A stretch of DNA of 63,904 nt, filler included, from Octopus bimaculoides (Eukaryota): NCBI RefSeq assembly GCF_001194135.2. It is 8 parts of 8 records of this genome, joined end to end, with 100 filler letters (N's around TTAATTAATTAA, not from the genome) between each part and the next. Parts side by side here need not be neighbours in the genome. Positions count along the whole stretch, not along the records: positions 1 to 15,682 come from NC_068987.1; positions 15,783 to 29,444 come from NC_068996.1; 6 more parts are not named here. The stretch is one strand, 5' to 3'. This document shows, one piece after another, positions 13,230 through 26,099 of the stretch (positions are counted from its first letter, which is position 1; each line of letters opens with the position of its first letter). The position numbers were made by a program, and so were the translations under genes. Under the pieces are notes generated by a model. It saw only the letters and a program-made list of their open reading frames with translations. It was not told the origin of the DNA and did no database searches.

Positions 13230-14469
13230 TCATATATACATACACATACACACACATACATATATAAACAACATCATCATCATCGTTTAATGTTTGCCTT
13301 CCATGCTGGCATGGGTGGGATGGTTTGACAGGAGCTGACCAGGCAGGTGCCTGTACCAGACTTCTGTGTCTGTTTTGGCAGGATTTTTGCAGCTGGATGC
13401 CCTTCCTAAAACCAACAACCACTCAGCAGAGTGGACACATACACACATAAACATATATACACCTTAATGGTTTCAGTACAGTTTCCTTCTGTCAAATTCC
13501 ACTCACAAACGTTAAGTAGAGAGAAGTTATTCAAGGTAGCATGTACTAAGGGAAGGGGGGTTGTCAAACAGAACCCAAGACCATGTGGTTGAGAAACAAG
13601 CTTCTTACCACACAGCCAAGCCTGCACCTATGTTCGACAAAAGCATTAATGGCTAATATTCTATGGAGAGCAAAGGGCTTAAGTGAGATCGCTTATGATT
13701 TTGGGTTGATTTAAGCAATTATAGTTCCAACATACAAATTTCAGGTTGTTCACCAAAGCAAGAAAGAACACCAATTCCATCGACAATCTTTAGAAACATG
13801 GTGAAGAAAGGAAATCCCAAATGTTTCGAAATTTTAAATCTGAGGATAATATGTCCTTACAGTCGAATAGGTATTGTGATCCATGGGAGACCTCTATAAG
13901 GTCTTTGCACCTGTGAGAAATAGCAGTCACCTTGCCCTTCATAAATACTCCCCCTCCCCACTTAGTTGTAGGGGTTTTTTCCTCGTTCTTTTTTCAGTTT
14001 TAGAAGTTACTGAGTGATCACACTAATGCCAGTGCCTACCACCACCAAATAAAAAAAAAAACACCCAGTATGCACCATAAAGTGGTTGGTGTTAGGAAGG
14101 TCATCAAGGATTTCGATGCAACCCTTTAGTTTGCTGGATGCTATCAAACCATCCAACCCATGCCAGCATGGAAAACAGATGTTAAATGACAATGATGGGG
14201 GTGATGATGATGGTGGTGGTGGTGGTGGTGGTGGTGATTGTTTCTCAAATTACACCTTAACATCAATTTCGGTGGGGAAAAGGGTTAAGTCGAATGCATT
14301 AACCCCATTGCTCAACAGGTCCTTATTTTATTGACCCTGAAAGGGTGAAAGGCAAAGTCAACCTCAGTGAAATTCGAACTCAGAACGCAAGGACAGATGA
14401 AATGCTGCAAAAGTAGTTTGCCCAGCATGCTAACGATTCTGCCAGCTCAGCGCAGTATCACACCTTAAC

Positions 14470-14686
14470 ATTATTTACATTTGACAGATATTTGTCCTCA
14501 TCTTGTTTGTTATTAACACCACATTTCAGCTGATATACCCTCTAGCCTTCATCAGGTTCTCATTCCTAAGGTATTTTTCAAAGTTGTTATTATTATTATT
14601 ATTATTATTCAGGTCACTACCTGGAATTGAACTCGGAATCTTGGGGTTAGTAGCCCGTGCTCTTAACCACTACGCCATATGCCCAT
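14470..14686 (-). mobile_element. tRNA-headed SINE carrying a hammerhead-like motif (family D)
   Basis: Minus strand: tggcgtagtggttaagagcacgggctactaaccccaagattccgagttcaattccagg (A/B boxes), (AAT) linker, then cctgatgaaggctagagggtatatcagctgaaatgtggtgtt and tail gatgaggacaaatatctgtcaaatgtaaataatgt. Homologous to 50181-50421. Confidence 0.8.
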
Positions 14687-15086
14687 GTAAATAATGTACC
14701 TAATTCCTCATCTCTTAAATATAGAACTGTACACCTTAAACGTCTTAAATGAGAAGCAGACACACTGAATAATGTACTCATAAAACACACTCTTCAAATG
14801 ATGGAAGATGGACACAAATAGAATATTTTCCATTACAGGTCTGCTTGATTAGAGCTGACCCGAGATTAAACAACAACAACAACAACAAAGGGAGACAGAA
14901 ATTGCAAGAGTAAGAAAAGAAGCGATTATTATTAGGCAGAGGTCAGATCATGCAGAGCTGAGTAAAAGCCAGCCAGCCACACACCACATCTAAACAGCAG
15001 AAGAGGAAAAAATAGCCGTACACTATACTTGCATATTCAGCAGATTTTTACTACATCAGCTTAGAATGTTAAATGAATGGTAAAAC

Positions 15087-15131
<45 letters not shown>

Positions 15132-15144
15132 AAAATTCTAAACA

Positions 15145-15340
15145 TTGGTCATCTCAAAGGAAAGACACACTGGAGAAGATAGTTCCTGATCTACAAAATG
15201 ACAGGAGAAGTTGGGGATGAGATGCCTTTCCTCATAGGCTTTCTGTGATTTTGACTGACCTGACAACTGACTCTCTCGCAAAATTGCACCATCCTGCCTC
15301 GAGGAAGAGCAAGGGATACACAAGATAGTAAAGCCCTAGA
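15145..15340 (+). mobile_element. Highly decayed RTE-like RT C-terminal fragment
   Basis: Frameshifted GHL..KDTLEKIV...KMTG.VG resembles RTE GH..R.D.LEK....K..G; weak. Confidence 0.35.
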
Positions 15341-15782
15341 TACATGTTGCTCCAGAGGATGGGATGGGCATGGTTGGAACAACTTGGTCATAAATTTGTT
15401 CAATCAAGTTTGGTCTGGAACTAATAACAACAAAAAAAAAAACACAACATAACTAATAGTTAACACTGCATCAAGTCAATGGAGCTGGAGTTCAATACAG
15501 AATTTATATATATATATATATAATCATTGCCATCTTTATATATATATAGTAATAATAATAATAATCCATGGATGGAATTTATAAATATTTTAATGCATCA
15601 CTATGCATATTTCTACAAATCACGTTTCTTACAATCATAGTCCATATTCCTGGGATAATTACAGTACAATGTGTGATACCCANNNNNNNNNNNNNNNNNN
15701 NNNNNNNNNNNNNNNNNNNNNNNNNNTTAATTAATTAANNNNNNNNNNNNNNNNNNNNNNNNNNNNNNNNNNNNNNNNNNNN

Positions 15783-15891
<109 letters not shown>

Positions 15892-15905
15892 CATTATTAT
15901 TAATG

Positions 15906-16105
15906 TGACGAGCTGGCAGAATCGTTAACACGCCGGGCAAAATGCTTAGCGGGATTTCGCCCGTCCTTACGTTCTGAGTTCAAATTCCGCCGAGGCCGAC
16001 TTTGTCTTTCGGGGTTGATAAATTACGTACCAGTGAAGCACTAAGGTCGATGAATCGACTAGTCCCCCCACAAATATGAGGCTTTGTGTCTCCTGTAGAA
16101 AGGGT
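15906..16105 (+). mobile_element. tRNA-derived SINE (family B: ggcggcgagctggcagaatcgttagc... head)
   Basis: gagctggcagaatcgttaacacgccgggcaaaatgcttagc...ttctgagttcaaattccgccgaggccgactttg, with (ATT) tail. Other copies near 4030-4260, 4470-4670, 6330-6430, 14270-14455, 22215-22415, 22440-22640, 43580-43770, 43900-44085, 49500-49740, 50671-50885, 61215-61400, 61490-61670 (all -) and 39126-39290, 43311-43470 (+). Confidence 0.85.
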
Positions 16106-17249
16106 TATTATTATTATTATTATTATTATTTTATGAACAAAATAATGAATTCAATTGTTACCTCTTGAAGTTGTGTATAAACAGCTAAAAGTGATAGGAT
16201 ATGTAATTTATATATAATGTATATATACTGAAAATGTGATTTACTTTATCTTGAAGAACAGCAACATCGACAACAACAGTAACAACAGTTGTCAGAAAGT
16301 TTGTAACTGTACAGAAAAAAAAACTAGAGGAAAGGGACCAGCCGTTAAAATAATTAAAATAATCTTAAATGAAATTTTAAAAATAAAGATAATTTTATAT
16401 GGATTCGAGCGATTTTCGTATCGTTATTAAATTCGTTAAAATTCTCTTAAAGTTAATAGAATCGTCATTTTATGGCTTTTCGAAGTAATAAATTACCATA
16501 TAATATTTGTTTAAAGATTTTATTTTTTCTGCTTTAAAAGTGAATTTTGAAAAAAAAATGGATAAATGCTTAATATAGTGTCGGTCACATGTTACCAAAC
16601 ATTTCACGCCAGTGATGTAAATATTTATTATTCATTATTTTGACAAATTTATGAACGTGCTTTCCATTTATTGAAAACCAATTTTTGGTTGGTTTTGGTT
16701 TATTTGTTTTTGCTTTCTTTTAGGTTCTTTTTTTTTTGTTGTTGTTTTTTGTTAATATCGAGTTCTTCTAAATTAAATTAATTTTCTTTTCTAACTTTTC
16801 AAAAGAATCCAAAAATCCAGAAAGTGCTTTCTTCTGCATTAGTTTTCTATGCATGAAACTATTTTGATGGAAATTCTCCGATCTGAAAAGTGTTTCATTT
16901 TTATTTGGAACGTTCTTAGTTATTGCTTATATTGGGAGCGACACTACAATAGTCTCTCTTATTCTATACAAGTGTGGCATTTAACCTCTGATTGACAATG
17001 CTTCTCACGTAACCACTATTTATTTTATTACCACCTAGTTTAGGAGGTGTGTTATTAATTTTTACCCTAGTCATTATTTGTCCCAGTTAAATTGTTATCA
17101 GTATAATTTTTTTTTTTTACTTGAGACTGTAAAAATAAACATCGGGGGTCGGTGTTTCAAAGTCAAAAATAACTCGAATACAACCAAATTGGCCTAGCAC
17201 TTTTCGGCTTGCTCTCGGAATGTTCTTTCCAGTTCATATCTCTTTAATG

Positions 17250-17588
17250 ATCTGCATGTGTATATCACTGATTTTGCCCCTGGTCTTGGATTTGCAGAAG
17301 CATTGTAAGTAAAACCTCTCTTCCACCACATCTGTTGGTAAATGCTTGGACTTCTACTGATGTTTTTCTTTTATTAATGCAGTCATTGCTTATTACTGAT
17401 GTGGTGTCAGTTGTTCCATTGCTACTACAACTACAGTTTGTTGCTACGGGATTGGAGGTGGGTGAATGACATTGGTAATGAATTCCTCGCTTTCGCTGAA
17501 GATTTTGTGTGTCTGGTAGAGGTATTACTATCGCTGTTTGCTGCTGTTTGGCATACTGTCGCAGCTGGTGCTATTTTTCTAACTGTAC

Positions 17589-17637
<49 letters not shown>

Positions 17638-17760
17638 AGTGATATTGCTGATTATTAGTGAAACTGCAGCATTGTGTGGTGGGGAATGACACTTTTCCCT
17701 TAAAAATTGTCTCTCACATATGTGCCCACCTAACATGCCGGCAAGCTCAAAAGCAAGGCC
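17250..17760 (-). mobile_element. Probable second L1/Tx1 ORF1 fragment (degenerate zinc knuckle + Asn/Thr/Ser-rich tail)
   Basis: Minus strand CF*ACRHV..GHI (decayed CCHC knuckle), then NNNN/STVRKIAPAATVCQTAANSDSNT low-complexity coding-like sequence, fused directly to the broken RT of the adjacent Tx1. Confidence 0.35.
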
Positions 17761-20511
17761 AAACTACCGACGACAAGCACCGACATTTTCACTCAAACCT
17801 TGACAACAATCTTAAACTCTGTGTTTAACAGAGTAAAGGGTAGAAAAGTCCCTTGAACATCCCCATTGTCGACATATTTTCTCAGCAGTGTCATCGTATC
17901 CCGGCTAACAGTTCTAGGAATTCTCCCATTTTACTGCTAGTTACGGTAGACGTCTGTCAAGAGACAGCCAAGCAAGTCCGACATGAACTCACCGGGTGAT
18001 TTGTGCAATCGCTTATCGCCTCCCGTATTTCAGCAGCTATCATCGGCCTTTCGCAGAACCTTGCGTTTGCTGCCGACAGCCGCAGCAGGCCGTCTAGTTA
18101 CAAACTAAAATCCGCTGTTGTCATTGACCCATCTGTCTCCCCAAACAGCCGCACGGAGTGCTGCTGGAAAGCCACACACATCTGCTCGAAACCGAATAGC
18201 AAGCTTCCGTCTCGATCCGTCAAAGACCCGATAGTGGTTTCGTTACCACGTCGCGCCTCCACCGTTCGGGCCCATCGGACGGTTTTAATTCCCTCGTGTT
18301 TTGCCTCAAAAAAGTGGTCAAGAGCCATTCTAGCCACTGGCATGTCGGTCGCAATTCCTTTACTAATCACCTCTTATAGTTTGCTAACTAGTTCTCTCTG
18401 TAATCTATTTCTCTCTGTTGCTAGCTCTTTGCTAAACACTATAGATTCTGCTCCAATCTTCCTCTTCAGGACGTTCCACCACCTGTTGTTGAAGATTTCC
18501 CCCGTCAATTGCCGCTCATCTAGCTCGCTAATACGGTCCCTGTAGTCTTTACGTCTTTGTAGTCATTGCGTCCCAGTAGTCATTGCGTTCAACAGCAAGT
18601 AACTGGCTCCCTGTCTACGGGGCCTATCTAAATCGATTGTGCAGGTCATAAATTTGTAATCTGTAAAGCCGATCAATTTGAATTGTGGACACCCTACCTT
18701 GTACTTATCTGCTGACTTAACAAATACTCTATCTACATACGATCTGGATGACCCGTTATGGTTGCTCCATGTCCACGCTGGCATATCAGAGAAATCCAGT
18801 AGATACCTGTCAAACAGCTGGAAGTTTCTGAATAGATTTCCGAGGTTTTGCACCCACTTTTGCTATACATTAACTCTCCCACGTTCTTTCTGTGCGTCCA
18901 AAATACAATGCCAGTCCCCCACTAGTACTAAAGTGCGAGACGTTCCCAAGAAAGTTTCTTGACGTCTGAAAAAATATGACTTTCCAGTCCATGTCGGGAC
19001 GTAAGGTACACCTCTGTCGAAAGGTACACCTCTGTTATTCACATCTAGGACCACCAACCTACCATCGAGGTCCAAGAAGATAGCCCGTACTTTGAGAGCT
19101 AAAGATTTTCAGAATAGCACTGCTAAACTGCCACCCGCTCCTGACAGACTACAAAATGAAAATGTCTCAAAGTTGTCGAAAATGGAAACTAGCACATGCC
19201 CTCAGGAAATCCCGAACATTTACTCTAAGTACAGCCATTTAGTTTAGAGAAAAGTGAATGAAGTTACTTGCCTTCGTTTTCGTGGATGACTGTTGAAACA
19301 GCCTTCTTTTTGGCTGAGGAAGAATGAGGAAAGGTTTCTCCAGTAAGCTTTTGTGGGGTTGCTTACTAAGCCCTCCGATTTCCTGGGAGAATTTCTTTTA
19401 TATCCAGACACGTATTCGCATTCTGTCCGATGGTGTTTACGAGAGAAGTTGAGCAAAACCTTCCCCACTTGTCATAATGTTTTTACTGCTAATTACTTCC
19501 TCAGTCAATTCAATGTTGCTCTTTTGAACAACAGTGAAATCGATAAAGAAAATAAGTACACGAGTGAGTAAGTTGCTGTTCATTCTGTTGTTCGGGCGTT
19601 TCATTTTGTTTTCGTGATTTTTATTCGTTTGTGGTTGTGAGCGTTTGTAAAAGTTAGTTTTCTTGATGTGATGAAGGTGTTGGTGTTGGTGTTGTTGCTT
19701 TTAGTATTAGACTTTGTAGAAGATTTTTTTTATACGGCTGTCATTGTCTTATCCCCTTCATTTTGAGCCGGCCTCTATTTCTTTGAGTTTGAGTCTTCCT
19801 CTTATCCTCGACAAAGGCCTTTTGGTGCGATTTCAGCTGAAATCAGATTTTCATCTGAAAATGCCTTCAAGATGTGTGGCCCTTCAGTGCTGCACATATA
19901 TAAAGGAAAACAGTATGGGACAGCAGTTGATATACGTAGGGGCTAGCAAGGAGCCAGAAGAATAGCAATAATTACTTGAATGTCCCAGACCTTTATAATG
20001 ATTCCCTATTATATGAGTAAACGGTTTACTCGAATTCGACTCAAGAACGTACTGGTTCATCGATGTATGGCATGAATCTTAAACCATTCTGAAGGAGCAT
20101 GGAGATACTGTGGAGCTCAAGACCACTCCACAACTCAACAGGTCTAAAATTCATATGGAATTTCAGATACTGGTTTTTCCAGAAGAAATAAATTTAAGTT
20201 TCCTCTCTCTGTGACAAACTTATTCATACACAATGGCTTTTTGCTCAGAGTTAGTTTTTGTCAGGTGGTTTTTCAATATCATGTTTGTACTGGATTGCCT
20301 TACCTTTCAGATCTTGTACCGAATGCACTGTTCACTGGCTAGCTGTCCTCAAAAAAGGTAAATAGTTGTTGTCGTGATTTTTATGTTGTTATTACTGTTG
20401 TTGTTGTTGCTACTGCTGCTGTCTTCTAGACAGTTTTTGTTACTACTATTGTTGTCGATGTTAATGTTAATGACTACATTCTTGTTATCGTTTTCGCTCT
20501 TGTTGTTGTTT

Positions 20512-20580
<69 letters not shown>

Positions 20581-20603
20581 ATTGTTGTTGTTGTTGTTGT
20601 TGT

Positions 20604-20644
<41 letters not shown>

Positions 20645-20900
20645 CTGTTTCTGCTATTGTGCATATTGTTGTTTTTGTCATTATTGTTGTTGTCACTGTC
20701 GTTTCTAGTTTCAGGAAACACTCAAAAGCAGCACATACCAGTCATAAACTCAAATATTACTAGACCCAATAACCCCAAAACTGTCACACCCAATAATCGA
20801 CACAGCATTAACCATCTCATGACTAAAATCAAGACTTTTCAGTAAATCAGCAACAATTTATCAACAATAAAAAAAGCCTGATTTCTGTTCCTTGTATCAG
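17760..20900 (-). mobile_element. Decayed L1/Tx1-clade LINE: ORF1 remnant, ORF2 APE endonuclease and start of RT
   Basis: ORF2 start MAVLRVNVR at about 19238; endonuclease motifs DLDGRLVVLDV, LVLVGDWHCILD, WTWSNHNGSSRSYVDRVFV; RT start KSPG...LLTDVYRN..NGRIPR...TLLRK...FLPFTLLNTE. ORF1 remnants LRFMPYIDEP/SRIRVNRL and a decayed knuckle near 19870-19910; poly-Thr/Ala N-terminus. Multiple stops and frameshifts. Confidence 0.85.
20512..20645. repeat. (GTT)n/(GCT)n microsatellite within the Tx1 ORF1 N-terminal region
   Basis: Direct reading; a second (GTT)n run lies at 17589-17637. Confidence 0.95.
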
Positions 20901-22689
20901 GCTGGTCTAGCATTTACACAAGTCAGACCACCCACCCCATTCGTCTCTTCACCTCTCGTCATCTTTGCTGTGTTCAACCACCCTCAGGTCCTGCACTAAC
21001 AATTATTCGCAGTACTTCTTCCCCAGCACATTGTCTCTCTGTAATCTTCTGCCTGTTCTTTTTCTCTACGGAGATTGAGCAGCACCAATTTAAGTGAAAT
21101 ATTGGCAGTATGAACTTTCAGGAATGTTCAAGAGCTGGCTAGAATTTCCTAGAACTTTCATATACTTTTTAGAATTTTCAAGAAATTTCAGTAATATAAA
21201 TAGTAATATAAATATAAGGACGTTAACAAGTGGATAAGTCTATCTTCTAAGATACTGCTAGAACCTGGCAGATACATTTTACCGTTTTTATTGCCAATTT
21301 ATGAAATCAAAAGTGAAAAACTACTCTGCGGCAGCATTCACTAAAATGTATGAGATCTACAAGGAATATTTCGGCATGCTGGCCGGGGATCAAGACCAAC
21401 TCTAAGGAACACATTTTACCAGCGAGCGTTGAAGTACAGTTTTTAGTTGTTTCTATAGTGGAATTTTTATATTAAAAAATGTTTTAGAATTTCAAAAGTT
21501 TAAATTTTTTTCTAACTTTCCAATGTTATAAAAAAAAATATCCGATATAAAATATGTTGCGAGAACGTTTTATATCAAGTGTGAAATAAATTCTTTTTCC
21601 TTCATGACAGTTTTATTTTGTTCTTTCATAGAATAATAAAGAGGAGAAATGAGAAAAATGGAGTTCGCTATCCCTTGGATTTGATGAGTATTCCTTGACC
21701 TCTCTAGTAATTATTACTTCTGTATGGGTAACCCTTATATATGTCGGGCTGGCAAGAATGCATTTGCTATTATATATCTAAACTTTTCATCTGTCATCGC
21801 CTTGGTTCCACACTGCATTGAACTTTAAAATGTACAGCTAAAAAATTATTCAAAGATGAGTCGTTGACAAATTTTTATGAGAATGATCAGAAAATATATA
21901 AAATGAATGGAGCCAAATAAAGAAATATGCGCTCATAGTAATTTGTTAATGGGAAGAAAGAAACTTTTAGATGAAATGCTAATAAAGTAAAGATTGATTT
22001 TATGTTTTGATCATTAAGTTAATATAGTAAAAGATGGTAAGTTATTTAAATCAAAGTTCTAGATGTATATGATCCTGTTAAGTTGCTCTAGGATGTTAAT
22101 ATAGACTAGGAAAGTTATATGGGTTGAAAGAGTATTAGTTGCAATTGGTAATAAACTATTCATCTATATGAGAATCTCATATTAAGTTTCCGTTGTACTC
22201 GTAATATTGATTTCATATTTTGGTACAAGGCCAGAAATTCTGGAGGAAGGATAAGTTGATTACATCGACGCCAGTACTCAACTGTTACTTCTTTTATCAC
22301 CCCGTAAAGATGAAAGTTGAAGTCGACCTCGGCAGAATTCGAACTCAGGACGTAAAGACAGATGAAATGCCGCCGGGCATATTGCTTGACATGCTAACGA
22401 TTTTGCCAGCTTGTAGACTTAATTGTACTCGTAATATTGGTTTCAAATTTTGCCACAAGGCCAGTAATCCTGGGAGAGAGGGGTAAGCCGATTACATTGG
22501 CCTCAGTGTTCAACTGGTATTTTTTTAACGACCCTGAAAGACATGAAAGACGAAGTCGACCTCAGCGGAATTCAAACTTAGAACATTAAGACGGATGAAA
22601 TGCCGTCAAGCATTTTACCCAGAATGCTAACGTTTCTTATTTCTTTACTGCCCACCAGGGGTTAAAGAGAGGAGAGAGGAGGAGGGTTA

Positions 22690-24590
22690 GATGGAGAGGG
22701 GAGGAAAGTTGAGCTCATGTGGCGCAAAGGAACGAAGAGAGAAGATTAATCCCTATTCACGGTGAAGACGGGAGTCCAGATGGCACCTGTGCAAGGACAA
22801 TCCGAACACAGACAAGTGTTGTAAAGAATGACTGGTAGAGTGAGACCGGGGTGTCGTTTCCGAGTCTAATGTCTCGGAGGTGTTCCGCGAACCAGTCAGC
22901 CAAGCGGCGTCCCGTTTGACCGATGTATAGAGAAGGACAGAGAGAGCAGGAGATGCAGTAGATGACGTTGCTAGAAATGCAGATGAAGGAGTCAGTGACA
23001 TGATAGCGTCGATGATGGGTGCCTGTAAGGAGGGTAGTGTTGGAGAGGTAAGGGCAAGTGCAGCAGCATGGGCGGGAGCACCTAACGAGCTGGGTTAGGA
23101 GTTTAGGTTAGGGAAGANNNNNNNNNNNNNNNNNNNNNNNNNNNNNNNNNNNNNNNNNNNNNNNNNNNNNNNNNNNNNNNNNNNNNNNNNNNNNNNNNNN
23201 NNNNNNNNNNNNNNNNNNNNNNNNNNNNNNNNNNNNNNNNNNNNNNNNNNNNNNNNNNNNNNNNNNNNNNNNNNNNNNNNNNNNNNNNNNNNNNNNNNNN
23301 NNNNNNNNNNNNNNNNNNNNNNNNNNNNNNNNNNNNNNNNNNNNNNNNNNNNNNNNNNNNNNNNNNNNNNNNNNNNNNNNNNNNNNNNNNNNNNNNNNNN
23401 NNNNNNNNNNNNNNNNNNNNNNNNNNNNNNNNNNNNNNNNNNNNNNNNNNNNNNNNNNNNNNNNNNNNNNNNNNNNNNNNNNNNNNNNNNNNNNNNNNNN
23501 NNNNNNNNNNNNNNNNNNNNNNNNNNNNNNNNNNNNNNNNNNNNNNNNNNNNNNNNNNNNNNNNNNNNNNNNNNNNNNNNNNNNNNNNNNNNNNNNNNNN
23601 NNNNNNNNNNNNNNNNNNNNNNNNNNNNNNNNNNNNNNNNNNNNNNNNNNNNNNNNNNNNNNNNNNNNNNNNNNNNNNNNNNNNNNNNNNNNNNNNNNNN
23701 NNNNNNNNNNNNNNNNNNNNNNNNNNNNNNNNNNNNNNNNNNNNNNNNNNNNNNNNNNNNNNNNNNNNNNNNNNNNNNNNNNNNNNNNNNNNNNNNNNNN
23801 NNNNNNNNNNNNNNNNNNNNNNNNNNNNNNNNNNNNNNNNNNNNNNNNNAGTGAGGTCGCACCGATACAGTCGTCAATATAACGACCATATAGTTTGGGA
23901 GTGGGACTAGTGAAACTTGAGAATATTCGGGCCTCAACGTAGCCAACGAACAGTTTTGCATAGTTGGGACCCATTCTCGTTCTCATAGCCATTCCCGAGA
24001 CATGCTGGTAAAATCACCCGTGAACGAGAAGCAATTAAGTAAGAGGGCAAGTTCGGCCAGATGAAGAAGTGTGGATGTGTCGAGTTGGGGGTTGGGTCGA
24101 AAGTCAAGAAAATGTTGGAGTGCACGCAGCCCCTCGTGATGAGGGATCATCATGTATAAGCTCTTGATGTCAAGACTGAAGAGAAGTTTAGAGGGGCCAG
24201 GAAGGAAGGAGAAAGAGTTAAACAAACGAAGAGCACGGTTGGTGTCATGGATGTGAGAGGGGACGGAAGCCATTAAGGGGGTAAGAACATGATCAAGATA
24301 TCTGGAGATGAGTTCGGTGGGGCAGTTGCAGGCGGAGACGATGGGGCAGCCAGGGTTGTTAGGTTTGTGGATTTTGAGGAGGATTAAATTGTGGGGGTGC
24401 GAGGGGTGTGAAACATGATGTTGGAGGCGGTGGGGAAGACGGGAGGAGGTGATGAGGTCATGAATAGTGGAGGACACAGTCTGTTGGTAGTTGGGCGTGG
24501 GGTTGGAGGACAGGGCAGTAGAAGGAAGTGTCTTGAAGTTGGCGGAAAGCTTCCGCCTTGTAGAGGTCCGCACGCTACACCACTACGGCT
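22690..24590 (-). mobile_element. Penelope-like element, Neptune-type (RT + C-terminal GIY-YIG), 5'-truncated, with internal gap
   Basis: RT motifs LKIHKPNNPGCPIVSACNCPTELIS, LFSLDIKSLY, GMAMRTRMGPNYAKLFVGYVE, LYGRYIDDCIG. After the gap: CSRPCCCTCPY...SNVIYCISCSLCPSLYIGQTGRRLADWFAEHLRDIR (Cys-rich linker + GIY-YIG). Frameshifts present. Confidence 0.9.
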
Positions 24591-24593
24591 CAT

Positions 24594-24810
24594 TCTGATC
24601 TTTACGTCTTATTATTTAAAATTTTTACAATTCTAGAGTATTATAATAATAAAACATTATATATTTATTGTGATAAAACTAGTATTACATAAACTTGATT
24701 ATTGCTAAATGCATGAAATCACTGGTTTTATCACAATAAATATATAATATTCTATTATTATGATATTGTAAAACTGTAAAAATTGTAAATAATGAAACGT
24801 GAAAATCAGA
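24594..24810. repeat. AT-rich fold-back palindrome (~90-bp arms), MITE-like
   Basis: Left arm tctgatctttacgtcttattatttaaaatttttacaa...ttattgtgataaaactagt is the imperfect reverse complement of actggttttatcacaataa...aatgaaacgtgaaaatcaga. Confidence 0.75.
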
Positions 24811-25662
24811 CTAGGTTGGAATTTCATTGATTAATATATTCTTCTAAATACAATCATAAAAACTCGGATATATATATCAGTTGAATATCGGTACGCCCGG
24901 CAAACTGTCATCTAAGCTACATACGGATTGATCAAAACTGTATTCCAAAAATTCTGTTTGTTGGCACCTTCTAAGAGGTACAAAAAGGAAGAAGTCAGTC
25001 ATTTTATTACAGTTGTCAAGAATTCAACTGTCAGTTAAATATATTTTGAAATCTAATGATTACTACGAATGTATGAAAGCACAAATTGAACTTTATGAAC
25101 ATTACTAAATATTTTTTAAATCTTTAACACACTTCAACATTGTAAAAAAATTTATATCTTTTTAAAATATCATAATAAAAAACGTGAAAACCAGACTGTT
25201 TTAACTTTTTTCAACTGATGTGTTTTCTGTACTCTGGTTATTATTATTTTCTTGTCTACGTTTTGTTTGCAATGTCCTGTACCCAGATATGCACCTATTT
25301 ATACAGGTAGACGTAGGTATGCACATACCTGTACGTATATATGCATATACTCATTTATTATTTGTTTTATATATATATATATATAGATAGATATAATCAT
25401 AAATATATAGGGATTGACAGTAACCTGCTTCTCCAACATACTGAGAATTCAGAAATAGCAGTCAAAGAACTACTGATTTCAAAACTACAAATTATTACTC
25501 CAGATTGATAGCGATATTTCTGATACACACAGAACAAAAAACAGTAGAGAAGAGTAAAAAAACCACCTGCCTTTAGTTCATACTGAGCTACCCGGCAAAA
25601 TTGTTAATTATTAATTTTATTACTAATTGACGATTCCCTGCCCTGCATATCTATATATATAT

Positions 25663-25669
<7 letters not shown>

Positions 25670-25743
<74 letters not shown>
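25670..25743. repeat. (AG)n microsatellite
   Basis: Direct reading. Confidence 0.95.
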
Positions 25744-25747
<4 letters not shown>

Positions 25748-26099
25748 CATAAAGTTCTACTTCGGTTATGAATGACCATGGGATTGCGCCTAGAAAGTTA
25801 CTCTCCAAGGGGTTGTTTGTGAAAGACCAGCAATCGCCATGCTTGTCAGGCTTCCCTTTTCACATATATGTACGTATGTATGTATGCCTGTACGTATGCA
25901 TAATTACTCGCAAGATTACTCATAAATAGATGCGATTTCCAAGACTCAGATACCATCGATTTCTCGAATGTAACTTGCGACTCCAGGATATCATCGTCCT
26001 GGGCCCTCTTCCAGACGAGCGGCTATGTACTACTATAGGCACGATGGCGCTGCTATCAAACTGTAGCAGTTATACCGTTCAGTTGTTTAGAGTTATCTG

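Noticed and set aside
15727-15738. TTAATTAATTAA flanked by Ns (also at 29489, 33243, 49384, 52541, 60769, 61971)
   Set aside because: Identical 12-mer always embedded in N runs, with stops in all six frames: an assembly gap marker, not biology.
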